This document shows positions 58,121 through 64,000 of a stretch of 64,000 nt of DNA, in pieces. The notes below the pieces were generated by a model. The model was not told the DNA's origin and did not search any database. It saw nothing but the letters and a program-made list of their open reading frames with translations. Numbering within the stretch: the stretch's first letter is position 1; the number at the start of each line of letters is the position of its first letter. The position numbers and the translations under genes were made by a program. Source of the DNA: an uncultured delta proteobacterium (lineage in GTDB: Bacteria; Desulfobacterota; Binatia; UBA9968); contig CAVYTU010000017.1 of assembly GCA_963771465.1 (NCBI GenBank), positions 224,001 through 288,000 of the forward strand, written 5' to 3'.

Positions 58121-60406
58121 ATGGAACTCAAACTTAGCCATTCCGCAATCAAACGTATTGCCTTCATCGGTAATTACTTGCCGCGCCAATGCGGCATTGC
58201 AACGTTTACCACAGACCTGTGCGAGGCCATCGCCGCTGGACATAGTGACACAACGTGTATTGCCGTGCCGGTCAATGACATCGAAAGCGGCTACGCCTAT
58301 CCGGCGCGAGTTCGTTTTGAACTGACCGAGAAAGACCTTGAGTCTTATCGACGCGCCGCCGACTTCTTGAATATCAACAGCGTGGATCTCGTCTGTCTGC
58401 AATTTGAATATGGCATCTTTGGCGGGCGCGCCGGCAGCCACATCCTGGCTCTCTTGCGCGATCTGCGCGTGCCCGTGGTGACTACCCTGCACACGATTCT
58501 ACGCGATCCCGACGCGCACCAACGCAGGGTTTTGATGGAGGTTGCCGGTTTGTCGGATCGCTTGGTGGTCATGAGCAAGCGTGGCGTGGAGTTTCTCAAA
58601 GAGATTTATAATGTAGCGCCTGAAAAGATCGATCTGATCCCGCATGGCATCCCCGATCTGCCTTTCGTCGATCCGAGTTTTCACAAAGACCTGTTTGGCG
58701 TCGAAGGCAAAATCGTCTTGCTCAGTTTCGGCTTGTTGTCGGCGAACAAGGGGATCGAAAATGTCATCTCCGCTCTTCCCGCCATTCTGGCCAAGCATCC
58801 CAACGTGGTCTACTTCATCGTTGGCGCGACCCATCCGCACGTGCTGCGCCATGACGGCGAAACCTATCGGTTCTCGCTGCAATGGTTAGCTCAAGAGAAC
58901 GGCGTCGAAGGTCAGGTAATTTTCTACAACCGCTTTGTCAGTTTGGAAGAACTCGTGGAGTTCATCGGTGCGGCGGATATTTATATCACGCCCTATTTGA
59001 ATCCGGCGCAGATTGTCTCGGGAACGTTGGCCTATACGTTGGGGGCTGGCAAAGCAGTGATCTCGACACCCTATTGGTATGCCGAAGAGATGTTGGCTGA
59101 GGAGCGCGGAGCGCTCGTGCCGTTTCGTGATCCGGCGGCGTTGGCCGAGCAAGTGATCGATCTGTTGGACAACGAGGCCAAGCGCCACGGCATGCGCAAG
59201 CGCGCCTATTTATTTGGCCGGGAGATGATCTGGCCACAGGTCGCGCGCCGCTACATGGAGAGTTTTCAGCGCGCCCGAGCTGAACGGCGGCACTTCACTC
59301 ATCCCGGTTTTGTCGTCAAAGCGCTGGACAAACGTCCGGTCGAGTTGCCCCCTCTCAAACTCGATCACTTGCGCCGCATGACGGACGATACCGGTATGTT
59401 TCAACATGCCATTTTCACCGTGCCCAACTATCACGAGGGATATACTATCGATGACAATGCGCGCGCTCTGACAGTCAGCACACTTTTGGAAGAGCTCGGC
59501 AGTGAAGAGACCGCTGATCTAATGTCACGCTATTTTGGCTTCGTCTGGTACGCATTCAATGCGAAGACCGGACGCTTCCGAAATTTCATGAACTATCAGC
59601 GCGCTTGGCTGGAGGAGAACGGTTCTGACGACAGCCACGGGCGCGCGTTGTGGGCGTTGGGCACCGTGTTGGGCCATTCCAACACACCAGCGCTGCAAAG
59701 TATGGCCGGCTGGGTATTCGAGAAGTCCTTGCCGGCGATACTCAAGACAACCAGTCCGCGGGCGTGGGCATTCGCGCTGATAGGTATCAATCAATATCTT
59801 CAGCGTTTTGCCGGTGACCGAACCATAGCTCAGGCTCGTGAAGTGTTGGCCGGGCGGTTACTTAAAATGTATCGCGAGAATCGAACAGGCGCATGGCGCT
59901 GGTTTGAAGATTCGCTGACCTATTGTAATGCCGCGCTGCCCCACGCGTTGCTCATGTGCGGTCACGGCATACCCAATAATGACATGACCGAAGCCGGATT
60001 GGAGTCGCTCAGTTGGCTGGCCGACTTACAACGCGCTGAAGAGGCCGGGGGCCATTTTGTGCCCATCGGCTCCAACGGTTTTTATCGACGCGGCGGTGTG
60101 CGTGCGCGCTTCGATCAACAACCGGTCGAAGCTCAGGCAATGGTATCGGCCTGCCTCGAAGCGCAGCGGATCACGGCAGACAAGAGCTGGTCCAAAGAAG
60201 CTCGCCGCGCCTTTGACTGGTTTCTCGGCCGCAATGACCTCGACCTGCCGATCTATGATCCGACAACCGGCGGTTGCCGAGATGGTTTGCATCCCGATCG
60301 CCCCAACGAAAATCAAGGTGCAGAATCTTCCCTCGCTTATCTTCAGGCGGTGCTAGAGCTGCGCTTGGCTGAAACAACATTGGCATCCGTAGAGACAGGA
60401 GCTTGA
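58121..60406 (+). CDS. GT4 glycosyltransferase fused to a helical glycosidase-like C-terminal domain
   Basis: YLPRQCGIATFT, FGLLSANKGIE, SGTLAY..GAGKAVISTPY; C-terminal TDDTGMFQHA, YTIDDNARAL, NQGAES. Confidence 0.9.
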   Translation: MELKLSHSAIKRIAFIGNYLPRQCGIATFTTDLCEAIAAGHSDTTCIAVPVNDIESGYAYPARVRFELTEKDLESYRRAADFLNINSVDLVCLQFEYGIFGGRAGSHILALLRDLRVPVVTTLHTILRDPDAHQRRVLMEVAGLSDRLVVMSKRGVEFLKEIYNVAPEKIDLIPHGIPDLPFVDPSFHKDLFGVEGKIVLLSFGLLSANKGIENVISALPAILAKHPNVVYFIVGATHPHVLRHDGETYRFSLQWLAQENGVEGQVIFYNRFVSLEELVEFIGAADIYITPYLNPAQIVSGTLAYTLGAGKAVISTPYWYAEEMLAEERGALVPFRDPAALAEQVIDLLDNEAKRHGMRKRAYLFGREMIWPQVARRYMESFQRARAERRHFTHPGFVVKALDKRPVELPPLKLDHLRRMTDDTGMFQHAIFTVPNYHEGYTIDDNARALTVSTLLEELGSEETADLMSRYFGFVWYAFNAKTGRFRNFMNYQRAWLEENGSDDSHGRALWALGTVLGHSNTPALQSMAGWVFEKSLPAILKTTSPRAWAFALIGINQYLQRFAGDRTIAQAREVLAGRLLKMYRENRTGAWRWFEDSLTYCNAALPHALLMCGHGIPNNDMTEAGLESLSWLADLQRAEEAGGHFVPIGSNGFYRRGGVRARFDQQPVEAQAMVSACLEAQRITADKSWSKEARRAFDWFLGRNDLDLPIYDPTTGGCRDGLHPDRPNENQGAESSLAYLQAVLELRLAETTLASVETGA

Positions 60407-61374
60407 TGAACAATCAACACGCTGAACTATTTCGTCGCCACAAACTTAATCCGATCTTGAGCGCTACGGATTGGCCCTATCCGGTCAATAGCATCTTCAA
60501 TCCCGGCGCAACACTATTGCCCGATGGAACTACGCTGTTGTTGTGCCGCGTCGAAGATCGCCGCGGCCATTCTCATTTAACCGTCGCTCGTTCCGACAAC
60601 GGCATGGACAACTGGCGGATCGAATCTCGGCCAACCCTGTTGGCCAACCCAGAAAACTTTCCGGAAGAGCTTTGGGGTATCGAAGATCCGCGGATTACGT
60701 ATGTCCCTGAATTGAGCAAGTTTGCCGTCGTCTATACCGCGTTCTCACGCGATGGCCCAGGCGTTTCTCTGGCGCTGACTGCGGATTTTCACAGCTTCGA
60801 GCGCTACGGCGTCATCATGTCGCCAGAAGATAAAGATGCCGCGTTACTTCCCCGTCGGATCGACGGGCAGTGGGCTTTGATCCATCGGCCCGTCAGCGCT
60901 CCGCGCGCGCATATGTGGATATCTTTTTCGCCCGACCTGCGCCACTGGGGCAATCACAAACTGATGCTGGAAGCGCGCCGCGGTGCGTGGTGGGACGCGA
61001 ATAAAATCGGCCTCTCGCCGCCGCCCATCGAAACCCCGCGCGGCTGGCTGGTAATTTACCACGGCGTGCGGCAAACCGCGGCCGGCTCGATCTACAGGCT
61101 CGGCCTGGCACTGTTCGCATTGGAAGCGCCGGAACGCTGCATAAGGCGGGGTGATGAGTGGATCTTCGGCCCGCAAGAAGTCTACGAGCAACGAGGCGAC
61201 GTGGACAACGTGGTTTTTCCTTGCGGCCACACGATTGCAGCCGATGGCGACACCATCAATATTTATTATGGCGCGGCGGATACCAGCATCGCGATGGCCA
61301 CGGGCAGTCTGCGCGCCATTCTCGATTGGCTCGAGTGTAATGGAGAAGAACCCGCGGAAACGATTAACGGATAA
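60406..61374 (+). CDS. GH130 family glycosidase/phosphorylase
   Basis: FNPGA, GIEDPRIT, DKDAALLP, HRP, YHGV, GDVDNVVFPCG, YYGAADT. Confidence 0.9.
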   Translation: MNNQHAELFRRHKLNPILSATDWPYPVNSIFNPGATLLPDGTTLLLCRVEDRRGHSHLTVARSDNGMDNWRIESRPTLLANPENFPEELWGIEDPRITYVPELSKFAVVYTAFSRDGPGVSLALTADFHSFERYGVIMSPEDKDAALLPRRIDGQWALIHRPVSAPRAHMWISFSPDLRHWGNHKLMLEARRGAWWDANKIGLSPPPIETPRGWLVIYHGVRQTAAGSIYRLGLALFALEAPERCIRRGDEWIFGPQEVYEQRGDVDNVVFPCGHTIAADGDTINIYYGAADTSIAMATGSLRAILDWLECNGEEPAETING

Positions 61375-61384
61375 AGGAGCGATT

Positions 61385-61564
61385 ATGGCTAGTGAGACAT
61401 TTAAAAAACGGCAAAAAGAAACGGCGCGGAAAGAAAAAAAAATGCAAAAGTTAGCCCGCCGGCAGGAACGAAAGAATGAGAAAGTGCCGGGCGTAAACAG
61501 TTTAGACGAGGACATCATAAAGCTCGAGCAACAAGCCAATCAACCCGGACCAACGATCTCATGA
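61385..61564 (+). CDS. 59-aa basic small protein
   Basis: AAGGAG SD; MASETFKKRQKETARKEKKMQKLARRQERK. Confidence 0.7.
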   Translation: MASETFKKRQKETARKEKKMQKLARRQERKNEKVPGVNSLDEDIIKLEQQANQPGPTIS

Positions 61565-61628
61565 AACGTCAGTTCGCTTAGAAGTTTGGACTGGGTCGCA
61601 GCGCGCTTAACCAACTGAGGAGAATTGG

Positions 61629-62141
61629 ATGACATTGACCATTGGGGAAAAAATCATTCTTCCGAGTCACGGTCCCTGTGTGATCGATGCGGTGGTGAAC
61701 AAGCTGGTCGGCGGTATGTCGACGACGTTCTACCGTTTGGCGCCGCTCGAAGACAGTGGCGGAGAATTGTTTATCCCGGTAGACAAGATCACGAAACTGG
61801 GCATCCGACAGTTGCTACGACGATCCGAGATCCCGAAGCTGCTCAGCCGGCTGAACCGCGCAGCCAAATCAATCATCCTCCCGACCACGGCTCGAAACTG
61901 GAAACAGCGTGCCATCGATCATTCGAAACTTCTGGCCTCCGGTTCGGCGTTTGACCTCGCCGAGATCGTCGAGTCGCTTACCGAGCTAAACGAAGCGCGC
62001 GCGCTCGCACCTCATGACCGTCAGACTCTGGAGCGGGCGAAAAAACTCCTGGTCTGCGAAATCGCCGAAGTGCTGGGCGAGACAAAATCCGCGGTCGAAG
62101 AACGGATCGATAAAGCGTTGCAGGTGCGTCGAGCTGTCTAA
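61629..62141 (+). CDS. carD: CarD family transcriptional regulator
   Basis: GEKIILPSHG, IPVD...GIR, NWKQR, KLLASG, LERAKKLLVCEIAEV. Confidence 0.85.
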   Translation: MTLTIGEKIILPSHGPCVIDAVVNKLVGGMSTTFYRLAPLEDSGGELFIPVDKITKLGIRQLLRRSEIPKLLSRLNRAAKSIILPTTARNWKQRAIDHSKLLASGSAFDLAEIVESLTELNEARALAPHDRQTLERAKKLLVCEIAEVLGETKSAVEERIDKALQVRRAV

Positions 62142-62395
62142 GAATCCGGCCCAGGCCGCGTCGACGCATGCTCAAGGGTGGTCAATTCGCCGTGAAAGTC
62201 GCCAGCGATCGTGATGAAAAAGCACGGCTGATAATGTTCAGCCCTGCGCAGCGAAACTTCGGCCGATGCTCTCGCGCTGGGCGAAGCGACGAAATGGATT
62301 AACAAAACTCGCGGAGGCGATGGACAAGCCATCCGGCCCACGGAAGAGTATAGCGCCATCGCCGCGAACTCAGGCAAACGACGAAAGTACCCAGG

Positions 62396-63079
62396 ATGAC
62401 GATTCAGCAGACGCCTCAAGCCGACCAGTTCAAAAGACAACTGCGTGACTCGCTGCAGCGCGAGACCGCGAACTCTCATGCCGTCAAGATTGCCAGACAT
62501 ACCAACGTCTACAGCTGCGGCGATCAAGACGAGATGGTTTACTTCGTCGAGAGTGGCCAGATCAAGCTGCTCATGCTCTCCGCCGAGGGTAAAGAGTGTC
62601 TGCTAGCCATCCATAGCGTCGGCGACATTTTCGGTGAGCTCTGTCTATCCGGGTTAGGCGCGCGTTTGGAAACCGCGACGGCGATGAAAGCGACGACTCT
62701 AAAACAAATACCTTGCAAACAGTTTTTTGCCCGTCTGAGCCGCGACTCCCTGTTTGAGGGTTTCGTGCGCTACCTGGCGGTGCGCATAGCAGATCAACAG
62801 CAAATCATCGCCAATCTCGTGACGGTCGACAGCGAGCAGCGGCTGGGACAGACGTTGCTGCAGTTGGCTCGCACCATGGGCAAGAAGGATCCGCGTAGCA
62901 TCCGTATCGAGCTCAAGATTACCCATGAAGAACTTTCCGAGATGGTCGGCACGACCCGGCCGAGGATCAGCCTGTTCATGCAGCGGTTCCATAACCTTGG
63001 GCTGATCGAGACCAACAAAGACCGCTTTCTCATCGTCAAAGAAAATAAGCTCACCGAATATCTAGCGCAGATCGCCTAG
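62396..63079 (+). CDS. Crp/Fnr family transcriptional regulator
   Basis: GDIFGELC..RLETA cNMP-like domain; ITHEELSEMVGTTRPRIS HTH. Confidence 0.92.
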   Translation: MTIQQTPQADQFKRQLRDSLQRETANSHAVKIARHTNVYSCGDQDEMVYFVESGQIKLLMLSAEGKECLLAIHSVGDIFGELCLSGLGARLETATAMKATTLKQIPCKQFFARLSRDSLFEGFVRYLAVRIADQQQIIANLVTVDSEQRLGQTLLQLARTMGKKDPRSIRIELKITHEELSEMVGTTRPRISLFMQRFHNLGLIETNKDRFLIVKENKLTEYLAQIA

Positions 63080-63119
63080 CGGGGCCGTACAACTCGGCGA
63101 GTTGGGCTACTTTGATTGC

Positions 63120-63133
63120 GTCTAATATTGGAC
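63120..63133. promoter_or_regulatory. Palindrome GTCTAATATTGGAC upstream of the desaturase
   Basis: Near-perfect inverted repeat, shared with 56231 and 29320. Confidence 0.45.
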
Positions 63134-63294
63134 AGTAAAGGCTCATGCGCGACAGTATTATCGGCTGGATCACTGCAACATCGGCTTGTGAGCAATGCTC
63201 TTGTGACCGAGCGCGGAGGCCCGGTGGCGAGTCGAACTCCGGGCCGCAATGTGGCTTCGCCTTCTAGCGATTAGGCTTTACGAGGTGCGTAATA

Positions 63295-64000
63295 TTGAAT
63301 AATAAGGATTCCGCCAATTCGAATTCCTCCAGGCCCGCTTGGTATGGCATCACGGCCAAGTTCGGCCAGTCGCATCTCGGCAAATCGTTGTGGCAACTTT
63401 TAAATACGTTGGTTCCTTATTCCATCTTATGGGCGGCGATGGTTTATTTGGTTCAAGGTGGTTTTCCCTATTGGATTACACTGGGGTTGGCATTGGTGGC
63501 GGGAGGCGTATTGGTGCGCGTTTTCATCCTGTTCCACGATTGTTGCCATGGTTCCTTCTTTGTTTCGCGCCGAGCCAATTCGATTTTCGGCTTCGTCACC
63601 GGCGTGCTCACTTTCACGTCGTTTGAAGACTGGCGGCGCGCCCACAACTCTCATCATGCCACGGCGGCGGATTTGGACCGGCGCGGCTTGGGCGACGTGT
63701 GGACGATGACGGTGGAGGAGTATCTTGCGGCGCCGCGACGACGGCGCTTCACCTACCGGCTATATCGACATCCCGTTATCGTGCTCGGGCTGGGGTCGGC
63801 CGCGCTCTTTCTGATTCGCCATCGATTTCCCAGCAAAGGCGCGGGGCGACGGGAGCGCAGGAGCGTGTTTCACACCAACATGTCACTCTTGTTTATCGCA
63901 GCCATTGCGACCTGGACGATCGGTTTTTGGACTTATCTCTTGGTTCAGCTGCCGGTCATTTTGATTGCCGGCACTCTCGGATTGTGGCTGTTCTATTTGC
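63295..64000 (+). CDS. Fatty acid desaturase (Des-like; 3' end beyond the window)
   Basis: Manual translation from TTG: SLWQLLNTLVPY...FILFHDCCHGSF...HNSHHATAADLDRRGLGDVWT (His boxes). Confidence 0.9.
   Translation, partial: MNNKDSANSNSSRPAWYGITAKFGQSHLGKSLWQLLNTLVPYSILWAAMVYLVQGGFPYWITLGLALVAGGVLVRVFILFHDCCHGSFFVSRRANSIFGFVTGVLTFTSFEDWRRAHNSHHATAADLDRRGLGDVWTMTVEEYLAAPRRRRFTYRLYRHPVIVLGLGSAALFLIRHRFPSKGAGRRERRSVFHTNMSLLFIAAIATWTIGFWTYLLVQLPVILIAGTLGLWLFYL

Noticed and set aside
10-63709. Many antisense or overlapping short ORFs in the track
   Set aside because: They are shadow ORFs of GC-rich genes with no recognisable motifs.

Overview
A GC-rich bacterial chromosome segment; gene content and small intergenic repeats suggest a Deltaproteobacteria-like lineage, possibly Candidatus Binatia (inference only). 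1-14 kb is housekeeping: partial dapL, a NYN/YacP nuclease, initiator-type tRNA-Met, NUDIX, class I aminotransferase, coaD, rsmD, an A-type Fe-S carrier, ftsY, smc, an HNH nuclease and RNase G/E. 14-28 kb and 33-55.6 kb hold uptake and catabolism genes (ABC systems, MFS, VOC, hydrolases, Rieske ferredoxins, LVIVD proteins), many as paralog pairs. 29.3-32.8 kb is an accessory patch with a well-formed 60-bp attC site, a complete cassette carrying a flavin oxidase, toxin-antitoxin remnants and a duplicated gene end; no integrase is in the window. 55.8-64 kb looks like a cold/stress island (small proteins, GT4 fusion, GH130, CarD, Crp/Fnr, fatty-acid desaturase) with a recurring palindrome. The main leads are tandem His-rich LVIVD beta-propellers carrying an inserted sigma-70 region-3-like module, the integrase-less cassette cluster, a ~230-nt nested-stem element after rng, and NrdR-like boxes flanking a DnaA box upstream of smc. 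About nine apparent frameshifts cluster at 24-37 kb and may be assembly errors. All calls come from manual reading; no searches were run.
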